63,352 nucleotides of DNA, filler included, from Choristocarpus tenellus KU-1152 (GCA_964200185.2; 12 parts of 12 records of this genome joined end to end with filler, not necessarily neighbours in it); one strand, 5' to 3'; shown: positions 1 through 11,710, counted from the whole stretch's first letter. Notes: generated by a model from the sequence alone, not told the origin. Made by a program: numbers and translations.

Positions 1-72
1 AAAAAAAAAGGGTTGTTTGGCCGAAACGGACGCCCCCTCACAAACCACCCCCCCGCCAAGATACTTTGACCC
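1..72. mobile_element. MITE family B terminus (cut by contig start)
   Basis: Ends ...ccccgccaagatactttgaccc. Approximate reverse complement of 15213-15254 (gggtcgaagtatctgggggg...ggtggtttgtgag). Confidence 0.75.
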
Positions 73-99
73 TGGTGAGTGTTTGGATAAGGCCCACCT

Positions 100-2510
100 T
101 TATTTCCTTTCAAGTCTTCGTTGCAGATCCGCCTCAACCACCAGGGTGTACGCGTGGACGAACTCGTTCCATGTGAAACGTGTACTGTGAGAGTCTAACA
201 TACAAGGGGCACTTCCGCATGGGATGAGATTTCCAGTCACACCTGTGTCACATGTACCGTCGACAGAGGAATATTTGAAACTGCCCAAGGAACCGCCAGA
301 GGACGGTTCGCTGAGGGGTTCCAGCACGTCCTCTCGCATCTATTTTGTTTTGATCAGTCCACGAGCAGTTTTTGTTGTCGGTGTATAGAGGTTTGAGTAG
401 CGAATCGAATGTCACTAGTGGAGTCCGGCTGTAACTGCCGTATATGTAGAGGACGTAGTGAACTCTGGTTTGAGGGTGACTACATTGGTGTGTATCTACT
501 GTGGTTTCATTATTTTGGATACCAGTCCAGCTCATCGTGATAACACATTCGCCACGTCACGGATGTGGTTTGGAAGACAAGCTTACAAGAGGAAGGCCAT
601 TAGATGAGCACCACTTTCAAGTGCGGTCTCCACTTCTTTAGACCCGCATCCTTTGCCTTTGTCGCAGAATGCGCATGTGCATGCTTAAGTGCGTTGTCCA
701 TCGTTGCTAAAGTTCATACCCGCATTTACTTTCTTCCAGTTATCTCTTAGGCACTGAACCTGGAGGTCGGTGGTCATATGGTGAATGCAAACGCACGATC
801 TGTGTTGCGTGGGAGAGGGGAGGGAGGGATACGGTGGGTTAGCATCCCTTGTGTGTGGACACTGATGATGCAGAATGTGACTGGGTATCCTGTGTCGGTT
901 GGGAAACATAGAGTTACCCAGTCGTCACTGTATCGTGCGCCCAAAAAATCGAAAGACTATTTCCGCACATACCTTGGCGTGGCCTTTGTGATGTAGAACG
1001 GCCTCCACTTCACGAATGTCGACAGACAGGGTATTGGTCCTGAGGTCCCCTCCAGTTCGAATCTCTCCTTGAAGTTGGCGTAGACATGCTCAACTGTCCC
1101 AATCTGTAACCTGTTCTAACATCAGTTGCACCATGTATACGTAGTGTAATGTCAAAGTTTTGTTGTAGGGTGGACATATCACACAATGATTAATCCATAA
1201 AGTGTCAAGGGTGGATACGCACAATATTTGTGAGGATAACACTCGCTAGTGTAGAGTACCTCTGAGCGTGTTGTTGGCACAGTGCATCCAGGCGGCAAAC
1301 TCTCTTGTTCGTATGCGGGTCTAAGTAGTGCATTCCCTGAGTGGAATCATGAGATGTGACCGGATCGTGGGGCATGGCGGTGCTGTTGCTCTCCCACACG
1401 GTGATACCCAGAACATGTGTATCAGGATGCTGTACATCGAACTGTCGCGAGGAGCTGTCCCTTCTCACATCGAACACCCTTGGTCTGTCGTTTTGTCTGA
1501 GAGGTAAGGATGGGAGATGTGGGGCGTGTGTCGGTTGTGTAGCATAGTATGAGGGATCATCCGGGCATCCCTGTTAGAGATGAAATGGTTTTCGACCTAC
1601 AGTGGATGTATTAGCCAGGGGGCCAAGTTGTGTGTGTGTCACACCGTCTTGGTTGCGGAAAACGAATTTCCATACCTGTGGGCGGTGCCTTGAGTAAAGT
1701 TGCGAGAGGCGTGTGTGTCGGAGCTGGGAGACAATCCTCCAGCATCATCTGCAGCCGATGCGGAGGGGCTCGCCTGTCACCGCATGTCTCGCATGAATTC
1801 CGCGCGTTTTTTCGCGGATGGCCTTAGTATGTCGACGTTGATGTCGTATTTTCTTGCTTTGACGGACAGAAGAGGTTGAAACGTCGATGTCACCGCGTCA
1901 TCGCCTATTTCGACATCAGAAGCGATGCCGATGAAGATGGATTTGTATACCTGGCGGGCATGCTCGGTGCTAAGATCTTTCTTTACACATTCGAGGAATG
2001 TACAAACCTGGAGATCAGGCATGGACTCACGTTGTTCCCAAGCCAACACAACTCGCAGCGCACTTGCCAATGGTGCAAATCTGTTTTTCTCATCCAACAA
2101 CCAAGAGGCAAGGTCGTTCCAAGTGCGGCCGCCGCTTTCTTCCATCTCTTCTGAACATTCGTGGTAGACAAACATGGAGAGGAAGAGGTCCATTATCTGG
2201 TCCGTTTTGGATTTCTTCCACGAACGGGTGGCACTGGTCTTGAGCGGTCTCTTTAGTCCCCGTTTCCCGAGTGGGATCCAAACAAGGTTATGATATGAGT
2301 TGGGTGGGCTTGTTTCCCTTTGATATTTGTGATAGACCCTCATGATGCGAACATAGATAGTGCTGCATATTTGTACGGGGGAAGGGGCTTGCAAAATGTT
2401 TGGTCACGAAGTATTACACTGAGTACGGCCATGTTGGATGACACCCCACTTTCATGGAGAAGGGTATTTGACTCATCGATAACCGAAACCACCACGATCA
2501 GAATATTATC
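100..2510 (-). pseudogene. Intron-containing Sola2-like DNA transposase, N-terminal part, degenerate
   Basis: Phase-compatible GT-AG introns at 1259-1111 and 972-800 join ...CQQHAQR|LQIGTVEHVYANFKERF...CLSTFVKWRPFYITKATPR|SCVCIHH. These are followed by CxCxxC and, at 339-100, FKYSSVDGTCDT...FTWNEF. This resembles the N-terminal 'LY..F...S.F..LRP.V...R.TCxCxxH...C..C..C...W..W' pattern of Sola2-type transposases as I recall it. In-frame stops are present (e.g. 687-685). The catalytic DDD region is not in the contig, and the upstream boundary is approximate. Confidence 0.6.
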
Positions 2511-2884
2511 CTGAAAAGGTGTGCATCGCATACGCGGTCGATCGCGAGCCACATCTAGAAGGTTACGAAAACGTACGATGAAGCATGTGTAGGACAAAGT
2601 GGATGGGGGTAGTTTATCGAATGGTAGAGTGTGTATTATTATCTGAATTTTGTTTTGGGAAACAGTTGACAAGTGCATGGTGGGAGTCTCCCATGACACT
2701 ATTGGCGCATGTATGTACTACATTTTACGTGTTCTGTCGAACAGTAAACTAATGCGTACAATGGATTTTGTGGCGGTTGGGATACTGAACGTTTCATGTC
2801 ATGTCGGTCAACACATATCCCCGCATGCACACGCTTTCGTATGCGCCCCTTTCTCTATACTAGGGGATATGAGATCGCCATTGA

Positions 2885-3144
2885 GAGCCAAAGTATCTTA
2901 GAGGGTAGAGCCGCGTCCATTTGGGGGTTAAAATCCAATGTTGCAATTTGATGTAATTTTAGATATCGTGTTTGTTAGCAAGTGTCAATATCTATGTTTA
3001 GAACACACAACTCTTCACAACGTATACATTTTACCTACTCGGAAACATTTCGGAGTAGGAAAATGTCATTAAAAAACCCATGGAAAGTCAAGCCCCAAAT
3101 GGAAAAACAGGGCAAATCTCGTACCCTCTAAGATACTCCTACTC
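2885..3144 (-). mobile_element. MITE family A copy 1 (~260 bp)
   Basis: TIRs gagccaaagtatcttagagggta ... taccctctaagatactcctactc. 4-bp TSD TTGA at 2881-2884 and 3145-3148. Confidence 0.92.
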
Positions 3145-3180
3145 TTGAGTTTTGTGGTATGTTGAGGACGATAGTTTAGA

Positions 3181-3451
3181 AGTGTGCGGCTTCGAAGAGG
3201 TTAGTGTGTCGACAGTCGCAACGTTTGCCATACTTTTTCCTACGGTTAAAGTATGGCAAAATTGACTTGAGGTGTGTGACTTTAAAAAAAGTGATTGAAG
3301 GACCACCGAAACTTTCGCCACACTTTGACGTTGGATAAAGTATGGCGAAAATGACTTGAGGTGTGTGACTTGAAAAAAGTTGGTATGTGGACAACAGCCG
3401 CAATTTTTGCCATATTCGTCGAACGGTAAAGCATAGCAAAAATGACATGAG
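3181..3451. repeat. Three ~90-bp tandem units, each with a 13-14 bp hairpin
   Basis: Units start at about 3181, 3271 and 3360. Each has ttgccatacttt-N10/11-aaagtatggcaa (3224-3260, 3313-3350, 3404-3442) followed by a gacttgaggtgtgtgactt-like segment. Confidence 0.85.
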
Positions 3452-3599
3452 GCGAGCAGATGAAGGAGGGCGAAGCATGACTCACGATAATTGCATTGTA
3501 AGGATGAGAGACGGTGTCAGGGTTAGGGCACAGGGCTCTGGTTGAGACAGGTGCTACGATTGGGATTGGAAACAGAAACTGGAATGAATAACGTTTGAT

Positions 3600-3676
3600 G
3601 GGTCAAAATATCAGGGGGGAGGGTGTCGGCGTCCGTTTTTCACCCTCTTTGTCGCTTTTCACTTTTTTGGTGTGAT
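3600..3676. mobile_element. MITE family B terminus (cut by contig end)
   Basis: gggtcaaaatatcagggggga...gtcggcgtccgtttttcacc. Approximate reverse complement of 30002-30069. Confidence 0.75.
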
Positions 3677-3776
3677 NNNNNNNNNNNNNNNNNNNNNNNN
3701 NNNNNNNNNNNNNNNNNNNNTTAATTAATTAANNNNNNNNNNNNNNNNNNNNNNNNNNNNNNNNNNNNNNNNNNNN
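3677..3776. other. Artificial contig-joining spacer (first of 11)
   Basis: N44-TTAATTAATTAA-N44 (stops in all six frames). Identical spacers at 9559-9658, 15255-15354, 22008-22107, 24809-24908, 29902-30001, 42951-43050, 48027-48126, 52976-53075, 57122-57221 and 60530-60629. Confidence 0.99.
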
Positions 3777-3819
3777 CCTCATAGTCCCGCTCCATCCTCA
3801 ATTTTGCGAATCCCCTGTT
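3777..3819. mobile_element. Diverged terminus related to MITE family C
   Basis: gctccatcctcaattttgcgaatcccctgtt aligns with the family C TIR gctccatcctcaatttttgaaatcggctgtt. Confidence 0.6.
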
Positions 3820-6799
3820 ATTTGTGGAGTAGAAATTTCCTTCCATCTTCTAGGATAACCTCATTAAAAGAAAGAGGATCCTGGTCACCATGAAACGCTG
3901 GTAGGTGTTCAGCTGGTTCATTCTCTTTGCATTCTTCGGTCATGAAAATCTTAAAACGGTTGTCTGTTGTGGGGAACATTTGATGTCGTCTCCCCTTGAT
4001 CGAACTATATATATATATATATATGCCAGTGTGAGTAATGTGGTATATGTATACAGGGTAGGCGTGTTTCTCGAAGTACAGGTAATGCACCAAGTTTGTC
4101 CCCCAAGTAGTGTACTTTTGATGTACTTTCCCACTTCAGATCTACTACTACTACTGTCGTCACTGTGAAATTGATGGAAACGGGCTGACAGGTTCTTCAG
4201 CCTGAAGATGGGTAGTGGGAGGACCCACAGGGGGATGGGAATGGAGAGAGACAAGGCAGGAGGGTGAGTAATCCCTCAGAGGGTCACTCAGGGAGGGGTG
4301 AACAGTAATAAAAAGTCTGAAAGAGGGGGTTTGTAAGGTCCAATCAAATCACCCAATATTTAGTTTAAGAATTAAATATTAGTGTCATATGACACAACAG
4401 ACTATCTTTTAAGGGAGGGCACTTTAATTATATACCTTGGTTGGGTACATGTGTACCATTATTATAATAGTGTAGATGTAAGATATCGACTTAAATCAGG
4501 GAGATTTTATTCAACAACACTCCTGCTATTAGTTCTATTGGTCTACATGTCCCTGATCATCCCGAAACATAATAAGGTATTATACTTGCAACATACTCAT
4601 AAACACATTAAAGGGTTACACTCCGTTTGGGTCCAAGCTGCAACCTTTGGAGCGTCACTGGTGTACATCGAGGTAGTGACATTAAACGCTAGGACAAGCG
4701 CTTGGATTGTATTAGCCAGAGGTGGTGTGACGTCGCACTGATGGCAGCGACGGAGGCAGGTAGATGTCGATTGACACACAGACAATACCTACTTCACTGG
4801 TAGTTCTTCCATCCTCCAATTTTGTATACAGGGTGTAAAATGACCGTAAGTTTATCCTGAAGAAATTTATGTGGTGTGGAGCAAGTAGTGCAATGCCGAT
4901 GCTTTTTCGAAGTATGACCAATGGGAACCATTTTTCTACCTGTTTTACAAAGATGAGTTCGACATTCCAGTTAGAGGGGAAGGGGAAAACGGGTTATTTT
5001 ACGTGTCCTTGGTTGCGAGCAGAGCATATGAGAACGGTTGGCTTTCCTTTACTGGCAAGGTCATAGGCTGAGCTCTTCCCTCTTTGGTGGGGGATTGCCA
5101 GCATTTTGAATGAGGTTTCGCATAGTAAGGACTAATACGTCTTCTCTGCATATATTGTGGGTGGCACCATCTCTCCACTTGGGCGAAGACCTTTTCCACT
5201 AGCTATCCGACTGTCTTTGGTACTACAGTATGTCATTCTCCACATAGGTTCTACGCTTGTTTTCCGTGGCTCTGGTAGTCGCGTGTACGGTTAAATGGTT
5301 TCAAAGAATCTTCAACAGAGGAAGCATTGGCCGCACTATATGGCATCTCTAAACTCATCTACGGAACGAAAATGACACCCTCATTGGACGCAGCAGCTCT
5401 CGACGTGGAGTCGTTTGGGGATCACATGCGAGAGCTATACCTGTACTATTTGGCCAAACGAACAAGAAGCAGAGGTGAGATCTTTCTCGACCACTCTTCT
5501 AGGTCAGACATATGAAATGTCCGACCAACTGGTCATCTGTGGCCCATACTCTATATGTGGAATGAATGCATCCCTAGTCTTTATTCATATAAAAACCTCC
5601 TTTTCGTCGGTTTGGTGTTGTTGACGTCGTTGAAGCAGTGTCTGACGTATATTCCCGAATTTGGTACTCGCACTCAGTAGATTCTACATGGGGGTTATTT
5701 TTTACTGTGAATATTTGATGCCTTTGACGGTTTTGACATCATTATTGGTCCAGTGAACTTACCTATCCTTATGCGGTGTGCCTCTTTCCCCTTGTTTTCA
5801 ATATGCCTGTTTTACATGTAGCTGTTCTAGGAGTGGCAACAGCTTGGGCTTGCTGCAATGTTTGGATGTGGGTGAAGGCATGGATGGAATCGGTGAGTTA
5901 CGATTAAGCCCATATTATTTGCTTGCCCTCCCCCCACCCTCCCCCCATCTCTCTCCTTGTATCCTTCTTCATGGTTTAGTACTGCCTTAGAACAACCTTG
6001 ATCGAAAACACACAAACTCAGATGCCCCATATCGATTCTTACCCCTTTTTCTGCGTATCACTGGTTCCTGTCAAGAACGATATGACCATGACTGCACCAT
6101 ACCACATCCAGGAAAACATGATGTACCTGTCTGACACATACTTCCCTGTACACCATTTGCCCATAATTAGGGACACCACTCATGGTTTTTGGTGATCAAC
6201 ACGGTAGGCAGTGTTACACTGGTAGGTGTATGTATGCAGTCCACACAGCGAACAAACTACGTGCCGGACAGGTGACTGTGTGCATCTGTATGGTGCACCC
6301 TGCTGTGGTGTTGTGCAACGTGTCTGCTGATTGAGAATTTTGGTTATTGTGAATTTAATGGTTCCAATTTGTCTGTGTGCCATATAGTTAATTCTTTATC
6401 CCTGGGGTATATATATATATATATATATGTGCCTTCCAACTAAATTGTCATATTGAGGTGCTACTTCCCTCAGTTCTGGTGACTATTTCTGTGAATTACC
6501 TCATTTGATTTTTGAGCCTATTCTGCGCTTCCTAGAATTCACACAAACGCATGTATACGCCCAGCATCACATAGGAGTGTATTAGTCATCTGAAGGTCTA
6601 TTTTTTGGTACGATAATCCTTGTGTATATGTCGGTGTGTGTGTGTGTGTGTGTGTTAGCAGGTAAATTCTGTTTGCCTTTGATCTCCTACCTTTTCCTCT
6701 CTTGATCTTGAGCCACTGATTTCCCTCCAGTTTGTGAACAAATTATTTGGTCATTCATCCCTGACAGTTAACCATCTTGACTGTTTTTTTGAACTGTAC

Positions 6800-8650
6800 C
6801 TGTCAGTTACGAGGCGCGGTCCAATGCTGTCCTGAAGACCCTTGGCATCAAATTCGACGTCAACAGCAGTTCAGGAGGCAGTCTGCGTCGCCTAAGACAA
6901 AGATACAATTGAATTCCATGTAAATCGCCTCATTTTAGTTCGAAATACTTGTCCCACCATTATCACCTTTACTACTTGTTAGTTCCTAGTTGTATCAAGG
7001 AGCAAACAGAGGCTTCAGTACATGCTTGTAGGATAGTGCTGGTGAATACTATCTTTGTCGAGCTCTCATCGCGTCTTTGCGATGCCCTTCAATATACATA
7101 TTTTATGTAAGTAAATGCTACACAGTGCATAGTATAGGATGCTGCGGACTATACTCTAGAATTCAATGCGGACGGAGATAAGGCATCACGCTGTGAGTTA
7201 GGTTGTGGACTATTGTGGATACCTGTCTTGCTTCAGTGCTCTGGTTGGCATGGGTGTGATGCTACTATAACATCAGAGTAAGAGGTGACGTGGATCACAC
7301 AACACAACTTTGGGGAGGATGTTGCTCAAACCCCCAAGCAGTGATAAATGATAGAGGCAGACGCTTGTTTAGAGGTCTTGTTTGACCATAGGTTGTGAAG
7401 GAAACTTTCATAGGGTACATGAGTGGGGTTACATTTTGTGGTGGCTGGACATGTGGGCTGGTCAAGCATGTTGCAGAGGTTGCCTGCTGCTCAAGCACAG
7501 TGTGCAGTGATTCTCTCAAATATAGAGGCATTTGCTTGCACCCGCTGATGATGTTAATACGGAGACATCAGAAGACAAGCTCTCCCAAGTCCCACAACAG
7601 CGTACTTACAAAAAGTGCCCCAAAGAATATGGCAGACTCCTCAATATGGGCAGTTTCACCAAAATGAAGAATAGTTGAAAACTGGATTTGTATTCTCCCC
7701 TTAAAAAAATTAGATACTTTCCTTTGACAAGGCACTCTACAGACAAGAGATGTTTCACACTATCAGTTTCCAATCTGAATAAGATCAGCAAGAACTATTT
7801 TCCGTCACTGTTGGGATAGACTCAACCTTTGGAGAGCCTAACGGAAAAATGGCCAAATCTGTGATGAGATTTTGAAAACTACTCTGGACTACAAATACTA
7901 TTTAGGGAACAATTGTTCCACCCGATTTTTACCCTTCTAGACGGTTGAACAATACCTTGACTTATGATTGATGTCCTAATTTGTCCTTTGATCCTCTTGA
8001 TTCCATAGGAAGCACTAGTGACATGATCAACTGTGGAAGACTCTTCATCTTCATCAAGTATTTATTTCATTGTGTACTAATGATGGGAACAGATCATATT
8101 TTGCGATGTGTGCGTGTGTGCATGAAAGTCTGCAAACAATGAAATTTTGCGCCGTGTGCAAATGTGTCTGAGGGAGGATCTCAAGTATGGTGATATTCTT
8201 GGAAGACCTTAAATTGCATGTTTGGAAACATAGAACAATCACACCTAGATTTTCTTTACCCCCCCAAAAGACAAGACAATCACAGCAGGAGGCCGTTGGC
8301 TACTTGAAATACCACTACTACAAGCCTACCTACACATAAACAGACATAGCCATGAGCGCGCAAAAGCTCTTTGCACATTACTGGGCTTTCATTAGGGCAG
8401 GCTTAAAGAGCACATGTAGTGTGTCTCAGAGAAAATTGGGTCGAATTTAAAGGCAAGATCAAGGCAGCTTCTCACAAAATGTAATAGGTAAGGAACTCTT
8501 ACCCATCACCACATAAGGGGATTCACATGGAAGCTTAGATAACTCGCCACTATATTTGAGTAAGCCCATAGCCAACAGCTACATCCAACACACTATCTAG
8601 ACAACTATGAGCCATGTGAGAATCATACCGTCATCAGGCATCCTCCACTG
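6800..8650. pseudogene. Probable highly degenerate Ty1/copia pol fragments
   Basis: Plus strand ~6810-7210 reads NAVLKTLGIKFD...CDAL...DKASRCELGCG (integrase-like). Minus strand ~8620-8350 reads HM...VMGKSSLPITFC...DLAFKFDP...TLHVLFKPAL (copia protease-like). Many frameshifts; motif resemblance only. Confidence 0.3.
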
Positions 8651-9178
8651 CAAGTCACACAATTACCAAGCAATTACCATCACTGTATACTGGATGCTAT
8701 TGTAACCCAGAGAGTTAACAGAAGACTTTCCTTTCTTCAAATAAAAGGAGAAAACACTGGATAGCACTGAAGTAATTGTAGGCACCAACTCCCTTTCAAA
8801 ACGTTTATCCCCCAGTCCAATCAAGGTTTGGGCAACCACAATCCCAAACCTTCCCAGGGGCCATGCTACCCCAACATCATATACACCTCCTGCCAGTCTC
8901 ACAACAACACAGCTCCTATTAGGTTGTGGGGTTCCCTCTACACCCAGCAACATACCTCAAGCCATTCCCAACTACCAGCACAACACTGCAAAACATGCTC
9001 CAAACTAAAAGTTCACAGTAGAACCTGTTGTTGGGGTTGCTTGCATCAGCAACGAGCGGTACACAAGTACTTCAATCATAAACAGGACATACAATACAAA
9101 AGACGTTTAGCTCTTTGCTCCTTCTGCCCCACCACCCCAACAAGGCATTTAGTAAATGGAAGGAATTGGTGTTCATCA

Positions 9179-9556
9179 TCAACGTGATGGTCTTGCATAT
9201 TGAGATGGCGGCAAACCATACCCAACAGTTCCCTGCCCACCTCCTGCACCTGGTCCAGGTGGTTGATATGGCACTTGCTGGTATGGCGAGTAGCCACCTG
9301 TGGCTCCTCCTAGCACTGCAGGAGTATGATTGTAGTATACCCCTTGTTGCCCCTGGGCCATTCCTGAAGCACCCGAACCCCTCCCATACCCATAGCTTCC
9401 ACGTGGCACCTGACTTGAACCATACTCCTGGCCACTGGGGTGACCGCCAACCCCTCCTGGCGCTCCTGGCGCTCCTGCCCATCCAGCCCCAACTCCCTGC
9501 CCTCTTGATGTGGGTTGTCCATACTGAGCAGAATATCCACGACTGCCCGGTAAGGG
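9179..9556 (-). CDS. Probable terminal exon of a host gene with a Gly/Tyr/Gln/Pro-rich low-complexity (prion-like) tail; 5' part off-contig
   Basis: Open frame from the contig edge to the TGA at 9181-9179: PLPGSRGYSAQYGQPTSRGQGVGAGWAGAPGAPGG...GSYGYGRGSG...GGYSPYQQVPYQPPGPG...SQYARPSR*. Confidence 0.6.
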   Translation of the reverse strand, partial: PLPGSRGYSAQYGQPTSRGQGVGAGWAGAPGAPGGVGGHPSGQEYGSSQVPRGSYGYGRGSGASGMAQGQQGVYYNHTPAVLGGATGGYSPYQQVPYQPPGPGAGGGQGTVGYGLPPSQYARPSR

Positions 9557-9658
9557 GGNNNNNNNNNNNNNNNNNNNNNNNNNNNNNNNNNNNNNNNNNN
9601 NNTTAATTAATTAANNNNNNNNNNNNNNNNNNNNNNNNNNNNNNNNNNNNNNNNNNNN

Positions 9659-9756
9659 ACGGTAAAACGGTATATGGCATACGGCAATAACGGTATAATA
9701 ACAGGCAAACATGCTTCCCACGCTCTTTTTCGTTTTTATACAAAATAGAAACACTG
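9659..9756 (-). mobile_element. hAT-like element terminus
   Basis: The reverse complement begins CAGTGTTTC. Clustered ACGG(T) subterminal motifs at 9659-9695 are as in Ac/hAT ends. Confidence 0.45.
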
Positions 9757-10019
9757 TACAGTAGTAATCGTGAGAAATACAGGACAATACTTAAATCAAG
9801 CAGTCCGCGCGCACGGTTCGCGCGGGGGTGCTGCGCGGAGCGCGCGAACCACGTATTTTAGGATGATTTTGACGACAGACAGGCCATCTTCACTTGTAGA
9901 ACATGGGCGTTGCTGTCTCTCCATTCTCTTTCCATCATTTCCCGTTTATGCGATGTTGTCACCTGCTGGCTAAGGCTCATTCATGGGGCCCCAAGCCTCT
10001 AAACCAGACAATCCATGCC

Positions 10020-10690
10020 AAGTCAAATGAGGTCTTCTGAAGGTGCAGACCTCCTGTGAGAATTAAATGTCTTGTACACCATGTCCAATTTGGCGCACTC
10101 CGTGCTTATCTCGTTTAAATATATCAGGTGGTAAGCAATACTCATCCTGAAGAACCTCTCCACATTTTTCTCTGATCAGCCCCCCTTCCTCCTTAAGACC
10201 GACAGGCATGTTGGTTCTCATCCCAGGCAACATGTAGTCACAATTGCCTCGCACATAGTGCTTCGCCCGCCCCCAGACCATCTCTATCGGGTTCAATTCA
10301 CAGTGGTACTTTGGACGCATTAAGCAGTGTCCTCCAAGACTCCTCAACCAGAATCTTAAGACTCAGTTCAACCACATTTACATCTGGCTGCTCCCTAAGA
10401 ACGTATGCCATGCTCATGCTCTTATTCCCTGTCCTTGCCCCCATCCTTGGTCACCCCTGGGATAAATAAGGCCTCTCTCTTCCAAAATCTATCTCATCCC
10501 CTTAACCTGTCCAACATACTCCCCCTTCTCGCCTTGTGGACGAGTGGAAACCCTCAGCCGATATCCCTTGCCCCTTTACTCCAAGCAGCACCGGACTCAA
10601 ATCCATCAGGGGGTGACCGCACCACAACGTCAACGTCGTCTGGTGACAACCGGACCTCATTGGGCATCACATTGTCCTGTGAGTGGCTTA
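10020..10690 (-). pseudogene. IS630-Tc1-mariner (DDE_3-like) transposase C-terminal remnant
   Basis: YVGQVKGMR*ILEERGL...LREQPD...RSLGGHCLMRPKYHCELNPIEMVWGRAKHYVRGNCDY...FNSHRR. This is the conserved KG.R..L.ERG / QPDF / PKFHCELNPIE / SHRR series, interrupted by stops and frameshifts. Confidence 0.85.
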
Positions 10691-10811
10691 AACAGTATTA
10701 AGCCGAGGTCCGCACACGTACCGTTTTGGCGGATACCAATCTTGATTGTTTTCAAAAGGTTGCCCAACGATTTTGACAACTATCAGCATATCAAATGAAA
10801 GCTCTAGATCT

Positions 10812-10970
10812 AGGCTATCGGTTTACGCAAAGGAATGCTTTCGAAAAATATTTTTGATCGTGATAATTCATTCCGAAACATTTTAAAGGTTGTACCAAAA
10901 ACATCCGATTAAAATTTAACCTTACCAAAATAATTTTTAGAAATAATTCCTTTCCGGAAATCGATAGCTT
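10812..10970. repeat. Imperfect 44-bp inverted repeat, probable non-autonomous DNA-transposon fragment
   Basis: 10812-10855 aggctatcggtttacgcaaaggaatgctttcgaaaaatattttt pairs with 10927-10970. Confidence 0.65.
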
Positions 10971-11710
10971 ATATGGCACCTTGCTGAGAACTCACACTTC
11001 TTCGAGTGACACCCTGACTTCCACAACCACAATCCTCAAGTGTCATCTGTACGAAGGGATGGTCAAGGGTAAGGGACACGATAATGTACATCAAGTTGTA
11101 TATATACTTTGACAATAATTGAAGGTCAGGTTGCATTTGGAAGGCCTGTTGTGTGGTTATGTAGGGCGAGATGTGACACCTTTTGTTTAGTAAAATAGAA
11201 TAATGGGTTGAAAGATTTGCTCTTGTTTTTATCGCACCTAGCTTGCCATCTTTGCGATGGTGAAATAAACCATGTTACACCTCAAATCTAAATCACGACA
11301 GGGTCTTTCTATACCCACTACAGACCGATTGGGGCATCAGCCATCATAATCTTTGTGGATTCTGGAGTCTTGTGGATTCGTACCAGAGTAGTGTGAAAGG
11401 AGGAGAAGGAGTCAGTGCAGAAAGTAGTGTCTTCTTGTCCGTATGCTCCCTGGAAATACATCAACAGGGACGAGGTTCATATCAGGGTGAACAGAGCCAG
11501 GCAGTCAACGTTCACTTCACCCCCTGCACCAACCTACTTTTGCAGTGTGCCATTTACATCACTCATGTACAGTAAGTGTTCATACGAAAGTATCTCATGC
11601 ATAACCATGTGTGGATGGATCATGGTGAGTCCATCATTAAATGTGCTGAGGGGAGAGTCATCCTTCCACAATACTCACAAGTTGTCTGAGGAAGAGAAGT
11701 ATAGGTAATT

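Noticed and set aside
3181-3451. CRISPR array interpretation of the repeat-spacer pattern
   Set aside because: Eukaryotic context, no cas genes, only three degenerate units, and variable segments too short and partly homologous.
3721-3732. Recurrent TTAATTAATTAA palindrome between N runs
   Set aside because: Artificial six-frame-stop linker; not biological. ORFs running into it are artefacts.
9115-9606. 163-aa plus-strand ORF and other overlapping ORFs
   Set aside because: Antisense or alternative-frame shadows of the minus-strand low-complexity exon.
10020-10690. Fanzor/TnpB cargo associated with the IS630-Tc1-like element
   Set aside because: I could find no RuvC or zinc-finger motifs nearby in any frame.
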